64,000 nt of DNA from Spirochaetia bacterium (GTDB lineage: Bacteria > Spirochaetota > Spirochaetia > CADAEX01): positions 128,001 to 192,000 of the forward strand of contig CAXXHA010000035.1 of assembly GCA_963662265.2 (NCBI GenBank). The letters run 5' to 3'. Numbering within the stretch: the stretch's first letter is position 1; every line of letters begins with the position of its first letter. Under the pieces are notes generated by a model that worked only from the letters and a program-made list of their open reading frames with translations, had not been told where the DNA came from and did no database searches. Made by a program: the position numbers and the translations under genes. Of this stretch, positions 38,801 through 47,809 are shown in pieces.

Positions 38801-40962
38801 CTGGTGAATACCTACCTGATTTCTTAAAGGATGCTGATGATAAAATACTACTGGCCGGCTTGATTGGACAGGAAAGAAATGAAAAAGCCTGTGTTTTTTT
38901 CAAATTAATTGCTTTAAATCTGACTGGATTAACTGAAAATAGAAATGTTATTTCGATAGCGGAATTGAATGAAGATGAATTGCTTTTAAATATTACAGAA
39001 TCAAATGATAACAGCTTTATAGCTTTATTTTATCTTTTAAAAAGTTTTATAGCATATTTATATGGTGACAAGGAAAAAGCTTTAAATCTTATTATTAAGT
39101 GCAAGTCATATAAGAATGGATTGGCTGGGCAGTTTTCATATACTGTATTTTACTATTACAGGGCATTAATCATGCTTGATTGTTTTTCTGAATCCGCTGG
39201 TTGTGATAATAATGAAGTTTTTAAGGAAGCGAAAGTCTCTATAAAAAAGATCGCAAACTGGGCAAAGTACTCTCCTGAAAACCAGCTTCACAGGCTTTAT
39301 CTGGTTAAAGCTGAATATTATTCAGTTAAAGAAGAGTTTAAAAAAGCATCTGAATATTTCAGGCTTGCAATAGAAACAGCTGGAAAAAACAATTTTATTA
39401 ATGAAAAAGCTCTTGCTCTTGAAAGATTTGCATTATTCTATTTGTCCCGCGGAATGAGAAGCGAGGCATTCGGCTATATTATAGAGTCTTTCAAAGCATA
39501 TAAAAAATGGGGCGCCAAAAGAAAACTTATTATAATGAAGGAGCAATATCCTGTAATCTTAACAGCATATAACACTCTGCTTCCTCATGAAGAAAAAGGA
39601 AATGATGTTTTTACCGAGATTGTAGAGCATGATGCTCTTGTAAAAGCAACAGGAACAATACTTTCTGAAATCAAACAATCTTCATTATTTGAAAAACTCC
39701 TGACAATTCTTGTTCAATATTCCGGAGCTGAACAAGCTTATTTATATCTTACAGAAAAAGAGTATGACAGAGTCTCAGCATTGGCAGAAACTGTTTCAGG
39801 AAATATTACAGTTAGAATAATTAATAGTTATGATTTTTCACTTTCTGAAAAAAATGATTATTACAAACCAATTGTTAATTATACAGGAAGAACGCTTGAG
39901 ACTGTATGTATTCCTTCTGATGGTTCCGGTTGTGAATCAGAATTGTTTCCCAATTATAAGGATATTTCAGTACTGTGTATGCCTATAATCAGACAGAAGG
40001 AAAAGCAGGGAATTATTCTTCTTGTAAATAGTCTTAACAGATCAGGATTCAACAGAAAAACCGAGCAAATGATAAAAGTCATTGCATCTCAGGCATCAAT
40101 TGCGCTTGAAAATGCAAGACTTTACTCTGAGCTTGAAAAGCAGGTTGATATTCAAAATGAACTTGAAAAGGATAGGGATATACAGTTTCAGAAGCTTATG
40201 GATTCTGAAAAACATGCATCTATAGGAGTTCTTCTTGCTGAACTTGCGCATGAAATAAACAATCCTAATCAGGCTATTCTTTTAAGGTCTTCCTATCTTG
40301 AAGAGACTGGCGGGAATATTATGAAACTTGCTGAGGAATATTATGAGGAAGAAGGCGATTTTAATGTCGGGTCAGAAATGTATTCGGAGTTCCGTTTAAA
40401 TTTTACAGATGCATTATCTGCTATTTCATCATCTTCAAGACAAATTAATATAATTATTAAAAACCTTAAAAACTATATAAAGTCAGCTAATAATCCAGAA
40501 ATGAATATTGTTGATCTGAATGAAATTATTCAGGAGACAGTTAACCTTGCATCGTTTTTTATCAAGAAAAAGACAGATAGGTTTTATTTTGTCCCGGGAG
40601 ATGTCCCCGTAATCCTCGGAAATTATCAGAGACTTCAGCAGGTAGTGCTTAATCTGATTCAAAACAGCTGTCAATCGCTTTCTTCAAGAGGAAAAAGTAT
40701 TTCGATCCATACAGAATATGACAGTCAAAACAAATGTGTTGTTCTGATAATAGAAGATGAGGGGGAAGGAATTGAGGCAAAATTGCTTTCCAGTGTAAAG
40801 GGACGTTTTTTTACCACAAAAGAAAATAAACGCAGTACAGGGCTCGGGCTTTCTGTATCTGATTCTATAATAAAGGAGCATGGCGGCGAACTCCTGATAT
40901 CATCTGTTCCGGGAAAGGGTACAAATGTAAGGGTAATGCTGCCGGTTGAAAGAAATGACTGA
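35881..40962 (+). CDS. Hybrid sensor 2, tandem paralog of 30769-35874
   Basis: Same architecture: GYSGIGKT, FLDDLQW, LAHEINNP and STGLGL. Confidence 0.9.
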   Translation: MINKIYKFEKNDKFNKDVFYQKLNEYNSVECSSLISPVIYDESGNTGILSSEDDSFFLYKPIAEYKKLTDEDFIKFCISAVEALSDLHKSGSDFGTIHPVSIYYLSDGPVRFLLPGFIPLNDESELLYYASPEALADSGEEERSGCIKDYYTLGIILLEIFTGEKKYLFNTALETFHRKMTTVTSPASGEGIFNIFNKMTALNPQERYQSASEIIHDFKYCLKKCSSSESEEASLEFHEERDFSFSVFRISCEIEGREKETALLEKSFRDTANGKSRIVFVSGYSGIGKTSLVSNFLEIIHPASGFILKGKFDQYNNSPYTGFVQIFSTLFGKLLQFDEDKLSLYRDRIIKLLGRSGKLLTDIVPVLEKITGCYSEPEVTGAVEVNNYITYMFHKLLSLFASSEKPIVIFLDDLQWCDCASFNLLKNLYKTLYMYENLLIIAAYRDNEINSELEKILKVCSEGMIDYLNIELSSLSPEQTGCILDKSFSINDIVFKEIIHEKTDGNPFLINSFLSSCFNKNYIYFNKDKCIWNWIKEEIEKEPFAGEIYKHFSNTVKKYDPDMIELLKIISCNGGSSLEKELYELSGLSMEKYEKALYLALDAGYLKFTGSDNKKISFSHDRIYQASYSLIPDSKKYIYHKNTAEYLIRSLSDTETENRIFDITDQLIRAYELKPDNEIVSDSQVLFLAEYCFRAGDRALSTAAWQPSLKYFKTALEVFSDTEWINHYDFSLKLYTRGAESALLNQEYELMEKLISRVEEKAHDILDIIPALKIRGMSYMARARLPDAVDLGKQILLLLGIKIPEKHIKLHTFIESLKVRFYLKYGTRNEHETDRKTAVLLDSLIFTFSPAYLAAPELFPIIVLKQLPLYEKNTSYPLYPFSLILYSLVLFGLSKIKVASVYAENAFKITLQNNNKFLLPKISFLFTQFLIHWTMPLSETIKFFQKGYKDGLVSGDFEYVGYTLACELNNRLYTGEYLPDFLKDADDKILLAGLIGQERNEKACVFFKLIALNLTGLTENRNVISIAELNEDELLLNITESNDNSFIALFYLLKSFIAYLYGDKEKALNLIIKCKSYKNGLAGQFSYTVFYYYRALIMLDCFSESAGCDNNEVFKEAKVSIKKIANWAKYSPENQLHRLYLVKAEYYSVKEEFKKASEYFRLAIETAGKNNFINEKALALERFALFYLSRGMRSEAFGYIIESFKAYKKWGAKRKLIIMKEQYPVILTAYNTLLPHEEKGNDVFTEIVEHDALVKATGTILSEIKQSSLFEKLLTILVQYSGAEQAYLYLTEKEYDRVSALAETVSGNITVRIINSYDFSLSEKNDYYKPIVNYTGRTLETVCIPSDGSGCESELFPNYKDISVLCMPIIRQKEKQGIILLVNSLNRSGFNRKTEQMIKVIASQASIALENARLYSELEKQVDIQNELEKDRDIQFQKLMDSEKHASIGVLLAELAHEINNPNQAILLRSSYLEETGGNIMKLAEEYYEEEGDFNVGSEMYSEFRLNFTDALSAISSSSRQINIIIKNLKNYIKSANNPEMNIVDLNEIIQETVNLASFFIKKKTDRFYFVPGDVPVILGNYQRLQQVVLNLIQNSCQSLSSRGKSISIHTEYDSQNKCVVLIIEDEGEGIEAKLLSSVKGRFFTTKENKRSTGLGLSVSDSIIKEHGGELLISSVPGKGTNVRVMLPVERND

Positions 40963-42373
40963 AAAAAATAAATATCCTGATTATCCTGTACTTCTTATTG
41001 ATGATGAGGTGGAAGTTCTTAAGGCAGAAAGTTCTATTTTGAAATTTGCAGGAATTGACAACATTATAACCTGCAGTAACAGTAATCAAGTTATGGAAAT
41101 TGTTGCAAAGGAAAAACCTGAACTTATTCTACTTGACCTTGCAATGCCGGGAGTCAGCGGCAGGGAAATACTTGCAATGGTCAGGGATGAATATCCTGAA
41201 ACCGCAGTAATTATTGTGACAGCATCTGATGATATTAAAAATGCAATAGAATGCATGAAGGGAGGGGCAGCTGACTATATGGTAAAAGCTGTTGAGAAGG
41301 AAAGGCTTATAAGCGGTGTTAAAAATGTCCTTGAAATTAATAGTCTAAAGCGTGATTATATGAATCTTAAATCCCGTTTTTTTATCTCTTCCTTAAAATA
41401 TGAAGAAGCATTTTCTGATATAATTACATGCAGCAGAAATATGAAAAAAATATTTTCTTATTCTGAATCCATTGCAAGGAGCAGCGAGACAGTTTTTATC
41501 TCAGGTGAAACAGGGACCGGCAAGGAGCTTCTTGCAAATGCGATCCACATAATAAGCGGCAGAGATGGAGAAATGGTAACTGTAAATACAGCAGGACTTG
41601 ATGATTCTGTTTTTGCAGATACACTTTTCGGCCATAGAAAAGGAGCCTACACAGGGGCATTGGAGTCGCGTGGCGGTCTTGTTCAGAAAGCAACTGACGG
41701 GACGCTGTTTCTTGATGAGATCGGAGACCTTTCTCTTTCCTCCCAGGTAAAACTTTTAAGGCTTCTTGACCAGCATGAATATTATCCTATGGGTTCGGAT
41801 GTCGTAAAGAAATCTGATGCAAGATTTATTGTTGCAACAAACAGGAGTATGAAAAAGATGGTGGAAGAAGGCAGTTTTAGAAAGGACCTTTATTATCGGC
41901 TTTCAACTCACGAAATATCCATTCCTCCGCTAAGGGAAAGAAAGGATGATATTAAAATACTTCTTAATTATTTTCTTGATGCTGCCTGTGACGAGCTTGG
42001 TAAAACACGTTCTTCATATCCTCCCCAGCTTGAAACGCTTCTGGAAAACTACTTTTTTCCGGGCAATGTAAGAGAAATCCGTTCAATGGTATATGATGCT
42101 GTCAGCTGTCAGAAGGGAAATATGCTCTGTATGGAATCATTCAGAGAAGCGATTGGAAAAAGAGAGTCTCTTGATTCTTTTGAACATTCCTCTGTTTTTG
42201 ACTGCGGTTTAAGTAAAGCGGATAAAATTCCGACACTGCATGAGGCTGACTGGATATTAATTGATGAGGCTTTAAAAAGGTCCGGCGGAAACCAGACAAT
42301 TGCCGCGGGGATGCTGGGGATTACAAAGCAGGCGCTGAGTAAGAGACTGCAGCGGCGGGAAGGTGGGGAGTAG
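40955..42373 (+). CDS. Sigma54-dependent response regulator (NtrC family)
   Basis: Receiver domain (IDDE, LLDLAMP), GETGTGKE, GAYTGA, LFLDEIGD and Fis-type HTH; overlaps the stop of sensor 2. Confidence 0.95.
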   Translation: MTEKNKYPDYPVLLIDDEVEVLKAESSILKFAGIDNIITCSNSNQVMEIVAKEKPELILLDLAMPGVSGREILAMVRDEYPETAVIIVTASDDIKNAIECMKGGAADYMVKAVEKERLISGVKNVLEINSLKRDYMNLKSRFFISSLKYEEAFSDIITCSRNMKKIFSYSESIARSSETVFISGETGTGKELLANAIHIISGRDGEMVTVNTAGLDDSVFADTLFGHRKGAYTGALESRGGLVQKATDGTLFLDEIGDLSLSSQVKLLRLLDQHEYYPMGSDVVKKSDARFIVATNRSMKKMVEEGSFRKDLYYRLSTHEISIPPLRERKDDIKILLNYFLDAACDELGKTRSSYPPQLETLLENYFFPGNVREIRSMVYDAVSCQKGNMLCMESFREAIGKRESLDSFEHSSVFDCGLSKADKIPTLHEADWILIDEALKRSGGNQTIAAGMLGITKQALSKRLQRREGGE

Positions 42374-42531
42374 ATGGTTCCCTATGGGGCTTGTGTTTGC
42401 TGATTATGGTTAGTTGTCATAACAGATTTATTGTTAATAATATTCTAATGTATTTTGTAGTTTGTGATGAATAACAATAAGTCTTCTCCCTATATACTAT
42501 GAATCAGGCCTTTTATGATAGATTTTAATGG

Positions 42532-42664
42532 GTCAATAAATGTTTATTATTTACTATATGTCAACAAAAGTTGTCAGATATAAATATTGAAATTTTAACT
42601 GTATAATATAAATCCTTTTAGTATAAGAAAATATATAACTTTCAGACCCGGCATTAAATTTGCT
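42532..42664 (+). promoter_or_regulatory. Sigma54 promoter P1 with paired upstream activator sites
   Basis: GG(42650)-N10-GC in CCGGCATTAAATTTGCT; sites GTCAATAAATGTTTAT (42532) and GTCAACAAAAGTTGTC (42560). Confidence 0.75.
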
Positions 42665-42708
42665 TATATGAATAAGTAAATTATCAATTATAAAAATCGG
42701 GAGTTATT

Positions 42709-43246
42709 ATGAAAAAACACAACAATATATTTTATGGATACAAGAGTCCTTCTTTTCGATTTAAACTGTATTCAGTATTATTTCTTTTAACCGCCACAGT
42801 ATCAGTAGTTTCACTTGATAAGGGAGATGAAGCAGCCAATTTTGCAAATATTGATCTATCTGGAAATTTTGAATTCTCAAAAAATTATATTGGAAAAGAT
42901 TGGGTGATAATGGACTTTTTTGCTACTTACTGTATTCCCTGTAAAGAGGAGATCCCTGAACTTGAAGCTCTTTATTCAGAATTCTCTGAAAAAGGACTAA
43001 GATGTTTTGTTTTTTGCAACAGATAAAAACGGGAAGAATGTTGTCGATCCATATTTTAAGGCAGTCCCTACAACGTTAAAAGTTCTTCTTGATAATTACA
43101 TGGTAACAGCAAAGCGCTTTAATGTTGAATCAATTCCTACTGTTTTTCTTATAAATCCGGAAGGTAAGATCGCTTTTAAAGCAGTTGGCTATAAAAAAGA
43201 ATCAATTGAAAAAATGCATGCTATATTGTCAGAAGCATTGAAATGA
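42709..43246 (+). CDS. TlpA-like thioredoxin/redoxin, split by one +1 frameshift
   Basis: DFFATYCIPC and SIPTVFLINPEG motifs; removing one T from T6 at 43010-43015 joins the two ORFs. Confidence 0.8.
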
Positions 43247-44154
43247 ATAGAATAATTCTGGTTCTTCTTTGTTTGTTCTTTATTCTGATCAGCATTGCCT
43301 ACTCAGCTGGTTCCGGGGAAAAAAAAGTTGATATATATTACTCTTCATCTCTTAACGGAAATCTTGACGGCTGTGACTGTAAAGACCACCCTAGAGCAGG
43401 TCTTGTAAAGCGGGCACATTATTTAAGAAATATAGAAAGAATAAAGTCCCTGCTTCTTGATGCTGGTGATGTTTTTGATTCTTATGAAGATTCTCTTCTT
43501 TCTGATTATATAACAGAGAGTTATGTGGAACTTGGTTATGATCTTGTTGCTATAGGAGATCAGGAACTTTCAAACGGGACTGAATATCTTTTAAAAAAAG
43601 TTAATAAAGGGCTTTTCAGGTGCAGCAACTTACAGCTTAAAACTTTATCAGGGGCGTTTAAGAAAATAACATCACCTCCAATTATAATTAAAAGGGGTGG
43701 GATAACTTTTTCTGTTATATCATTAATTGATCCTTCTGTGTTCATGTTTTATTCTGGAGAACTTAAGAAAACAATAAAAACAGATAATCCTGAATCATCT
43801 CTGTCTGATCTTCTAAAAGATAAAAAGGTTCAGTCTTCAGAAGTAAGAATACTTGTCTTTCATGGAACAATAAAATATGCTCGTATGCTTGCTAAAAGAT
43901 TTCCTGATCTTGATATTATTATTGCTGGGCATGAGCAAAAGTTAATTGATATGGAATATGTCGGAAATACTGTAATTTTATCTCCGGGGGAGGATGGGAA
44001 CAGGCTGGGGAAACTGACTGTTACATATACTGAAGAACAGCTTTTTTTAAAAAATAACTTTATTTTATTTGAATATATGAAAGATCCTGATGATGGCAAT
44101 ATCCGAATGAAGATTTATAAATATCTTGATGAAATGAAAAATAGGCTTAGGTAG
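43243..44154 (+). CDS. Secreted UshA/5'-nucleotidase-like metallophosphoesterase domain with CxC motif
   Basis: Signal peptide, GNLDGCDC...GLVKRA, LDAGD, IGDQE and IAGHE motifs; no C-terminal nucleotidase domain. Confidence 0.78.
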   Translation: MNRIILVLLCLFFILISIAYSAGSGEKKVDIYYSSSLNGNLDGCDCKDHPRAGLVKRAHYLRNIERIKSLLLDAGDVFDSYEDSLLSDYITESYVELGYDLVAIGDQELSNGTEYLLKKVNKGLFRCSNLQLKTLSGAFKKITSPPIIIKRGGITFSVISLIDPSVFMFYSGELKKTIKTDNPESSLSDLLKDKKVQSSEVRILVFHGTIKYARMLAKRFPDLDIIIAGHEQKLIDMEYVGNTVILSPGEDGNRLGKLTVTYTEEQLFLKNNFILFEYMKDPDDGNIRMKIYKYLDEMKNRLR

Positions 44155-44205
44155 TTAGATTTAAAAAACAGCTGCCGGATATGACAGCTGATTTAATGAA
44201 ATACT

Positions 44206-44669
44206 TTAATAAATGTGTATGTATCGGGGAGCTTCATCTCCAGTATAATTCCAGCCGCTGCTGTTCCCATATTTGTCATAAATCCGAAGTTGCCAGTATA
44301 CGTCATTACCTGCAGTTAATGTTGTTGTAAATTGATATTCGGACTCAGTGACCGGATGCACTGCTGCAGAGGGGAGATCGTTTAACTGATAAAGCCCATC
44401 TGAAATCATATCTTGCAGCATTTTTAAGGTCAGGCCAGTCAAAAAGCGGTGTTGTGTCATTTGTCCAATCTAAGGGATGCCAGTTATATACACTTTCAAT
44501 ATCTCTTATTTCATAATCGCCTTCTCCTGTGACAGGATCGGTGTTTTTTTACCAGACACCATCCCTGATAATCTTCGCCATCCTTATCATATGGATTATC
44601 ATACCCGTGGCATGATAATATTAAAAATATAATGCTTATAATTATTATTAATTTAGAAAGTAATTTCAT
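44206..44669 (-). CDS. Hypothetical lipoprotein, reconstructed across two +1 frameshifts
   Basis: ATG 44669 overlaps the upstream TGA and gives MKLLSKLIIIISIIFLILSC (lipobox). Removing single bases at 44544-44550 and 44381-44383 gives one ORF through TNDTTPLFDW to YWQLRIYD. Confidence 0.65.
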
Positions 44670-45787
44670 TGTTTTTCCTCCAGTGTAGATAGTTTACTTT
44701 TCAGTGTTATAATCTTGTTTTGGAAATCATTGGTTTTATCTTTTTTAAACCACATGATTGCTGATGTGATTAAAAATATATCGCCTGTAGTAATATATAT
44801 GATCCATAATTTATCATAAGTCTGGGTATCCTCTGTGTGTTTTTTCAATGTCTTCCTTGAAAATGGATTTTGCATAATTATCATAAGCTTCATCACTTTT
44901 CTCCTTGCAATAGTAAGCAGCACCAACAGATGCTATTCCCGCCCCTGTAAATACATATTTCAGGGACCTTTCTCCTCTTTGCTGCTTTTTTTTCTTTACT
45001 CAGCTTTTTCTCGAAGTAGGCTATTTCATTATTCAATCTGTTTTTTTTCTGTAATTCTGTCATACTCAGCCTTCTTCTTTCTGGACTTAGTAAGCAGTTT
45101 GTCAGCACGTGATTCAAGGTCTGCAAATGTGTATTTGCTGTCAATCATTGTTTTCAGGTGTTCTTCAACTTCTGAAGGGAATATTGATATGTCATCTTCC
45201 GAGATTGTTGTATATCGTGATTCAAGTTCCTCCTGCGTTGTAAGGAATACAGCGTATGTATCTTTTCTAAGCTCATCGCTGTAAGCAGTTGCGCTTGCTT
45301 TTTCTGTCTGTTTAAGTCCTGCTAGCTTGTAGGCAAGATCATCTGCAGAGTCAGGAAGTTTATCCATGGATGTAAATACAACTTTTTCCGCCTTAAGATT
45401 CTGCCCCAATGTTACATCGATGATTTTTGCATTTAGGGACAAAACCTGTTCCTACGCTTGAGAGTGTTTCCCAGTACTATTTTTTTCTGCTGCCAGGAGT
45501 TTTCCTATTTCTACAGCGCAGTTTTCATCTGTACAGCCTGTGAGTGTAAAAGCCTGCGCATTGAGTATTTCCTCTATCTGGTTCTGTTCTATTACAACAA
45601 ACTCTTCTGTCTGAACAAGTGCTGTTTCAAAAAGGCTTGATGCTGTTACTGCTTCTATTTCTGATACACCTACACCGCTGAACGGGATTACCGCCATTCT
45701 CGGTTTGTCCTGGGAGTAGACTGCAGATGCAAGGGAAATAAATAAAATCACATTTAGATATGTAACATTTCTTATAACTTTATTCAT
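44666..45787 (-). CDS. Secreted CsgG/TolB-N-like domain protein with coiled coil and C-terminal hydrophobic segments, split by several +1 frameshifts
   Basis: Signal peptide and RMAVIPF...VIEQNQIEEILNAQ...GCTDENCAVEIGKLL. The corrected frame continues AEKIVLGTLSSVGTGFVLNAKIIDV and joins the four ORF fragments. Confidence 0.7.
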
Positions 45788-45811
45788 GTTAATACTCCTT
45801 ATGATTATAGT

Positions 45812-45948
45812 TAGCAGGATTTGTGCCAGTGGTTGTTTTATTGTAAAGTTATGTTTTATAAGGAGTTATTTAATAATTTCCTTTATACATGTCATTATTA
45901 TGACAATAAAAGTTGACTTGGATTGTCGTAAAGAGACATTTTATTGAC
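45812..45948 (-). promoter_or_regulatory. Sigma54 promoter P2 with paired upstream activator sites
   Basis: Minus strand CTGGCACAAATCCTGCTA (GG at 45827-45826); sites GTCAACTTTTATTGTC (45917-45902) and GTCAATAAAATGTCTC (45948-45933). Confidence 0.8.
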
Positions 45949-46093
45949 AATAATATATTTTCGTTTTTTAGGAATATTATTCCTGGATGAAATAATCGAA
46001 GGTTTTATTATGATTTGTAAAATAAAAACTTGATTTCCGTTGAAACCTGTCCATATAAATATTTTTGCAGTTATTTTGACTGCGGAGAAATCT

Positions 46094-47600
46094 ATGAAAA
46101 AGTTTTTTTTTATCTTTCTTTTTTATTATTACTGTTTCTGCTTCTATTCATTGTTATGAAATATCTCAGTCTTCTTGGGATATTGGAACATTATCTTCAA
46201 GTTCCGGAATAAAAAAACTGGAAATTGAAATATATAATAATTCTGGAGAAAAAATAAAAATTGATATTATATCAACCTGCAGCTGTTTGTATTCAGATAA
46301 ACAAAATATTAAACTTTCAGCTGGTAAATCAGTTTCTGTTGTGTTTTTTTTTTGATCCTCTGGAAGAGAGAGGCAAAATATCCAAATACATGATTCTCCG
46401 TTCAACACAGGTCGGATTTTCTAAAGCTTTATTTGAAGTAACAGGTTTTGTTGAATCAGAATCAATTTCTGAAATTGTAAAAAACGGGCTTGATAATAAA
46501 AGCAGTTTTAAAGCTCTTGTAGAAAAAAATAATACTGAAAATACTGATATATCTGATAATGATGTATATATTAAATATTTTTACTCTGAAGGCTGTCGGA
46601 GCTGTTTACGGTTTTTTAAATGTTACTGTTCCTTCTCTTGAAAAAAAGTCTTAACAGAAAGATTTATGTTGATAGGCTGAATATTCTTGATGAAGAAATA
46701 TATAAAAAATATATTTCTGTTCTTTTTAAATTCGGCAAGGAGTATAATGCTGATATCCCTGCACTTTTAATAGATGAAAAACTTTTTAATGGTGAAGAAC
46801 AAATTACATCCGAATTTGAAAATGCGGTTAGAAATTATAAGGGGCTTTCTAAAATTCCAGATACTGAAACTAATACAGTAAAGGAATTTGTAATTGCTTT
46901 TATGCCTGTTGTAATAGCTGGTTTTCTTGATGGAATAAATCCATGTGTATTTTCAACACTTTTATTTCTTATATCAAGCCTTGTTCTTGCAGGAAAAAAA
47001 AGACAGGAGATTTTTTTTATAGGTATTTTTTTATTCAGCTTCAGTTTTTTTTAACTTACTTTTTAATAGGTCTTGGTCTTTTTCACGGATTGAGAAGTGC
47101 TTCTGTTTTCCCAGTAGTTTCTGAAATAATTAAATGGATTCTGATATTTTTTCTTTTAATAATTGCAGTGCTGAGTCTGTATGATTTTTTTCAAATCAGA
47201 AAAGGCCGTGCTGTTGATATTGTACTGCAACTTCCTTCCTTTTTGAAACTTCAGATCCACAGTGTAGTAAGAAAGCAGGCTAGAAACACCTCCATTATCG
47301 CCGGATCAGTTGTGCTGGGATTTCTTGTTTCGTTATTTGAACTTGCCTGTACAGGACAGATTTATTTTCCAGCAATTGCTTATATGCTTAAAACAGGGCA
47401 GAGAAGCGGGTATTTTTATTTAATAATTTATAATGCAAGTTTTATATTACCTCTTATGTTTGTATTTTTTCTAATCTACAAGGGAACAGGCTCTAAAGTT
47501 ATCACTCAGTTTTTTCAGAACCATATGGCAGGTATAAAAATATCTTTGAGTCTTTTATTTTTTTATTCTTAGTGGAGTTGTATTTTTTTTTAAATTAAAG
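46094..47600 (+). CDS. DUF1573-like, CxxC thioredoxin-like and CcdA/DsbD-type membrane domain fusion, split by about seven +1 frameshifts (3' end approximate)
   Basis: Fragments give a signal peptide, STCSCL, FYSEGCRSC, GFLDGINPCVF and FELACTGQIY; every break lies in a homopolymer run. Confidence 0.7.
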
Positions 47601-47628
47601 GTTTTCATGTTAAGGAAGTTTTTCAGTT

Positions 47629-47765
47629 GTCAACTAATGTTGTTTATAATTTAGTTTGTCAACTTTTATTTACAGTACTACTCGTATGTATAAATGTATA
47701 TTTTGTTGTAAATTGTTTTACAATAAACAGTTATCAGAAATGTAATAATTGGTCTGAAATTTGCA
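47629..47765 (+). promoter_or_regulatory. Sigma54 promoter P3 with paired upstream activator sites
   Basis: TTGGTCTGAAATTTGCA (GG at 47751, N10, GC); sites GTCAACTAATGTTGTT (47629) and GTCAACTTTTATTTAC (47658). Confidence 0.75.
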
Positions 47766-47809
47766 TAGTAACCTTTGAAGAATAATTAAATTATCAGAAG
47801 GAGATTATT

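Noticed and set aside
43243-44154. Selenoprotein (UshA-like CxU)
   Set aside because: Both positions are Cys codons (TGT GAC TGT) and there is no in-frame TGA.
45452-45454. In-frame TAG between two same-frame ORFs, suggesting pyrrolysine or read-through
   Set aside because: Three nearby +1 insertions restore the frame by coincidence. Removing them gives the expected KIVLGTLSSVGTGFVLNAKIIDV with no stop.
46094-47600. Phase variation by homopolymer tracts
   Set aside because: There are about seven breaks in one gene, all +1, and similar breaks nearby occur in runs as short as three bases. This fits sequencing error better than a switch.
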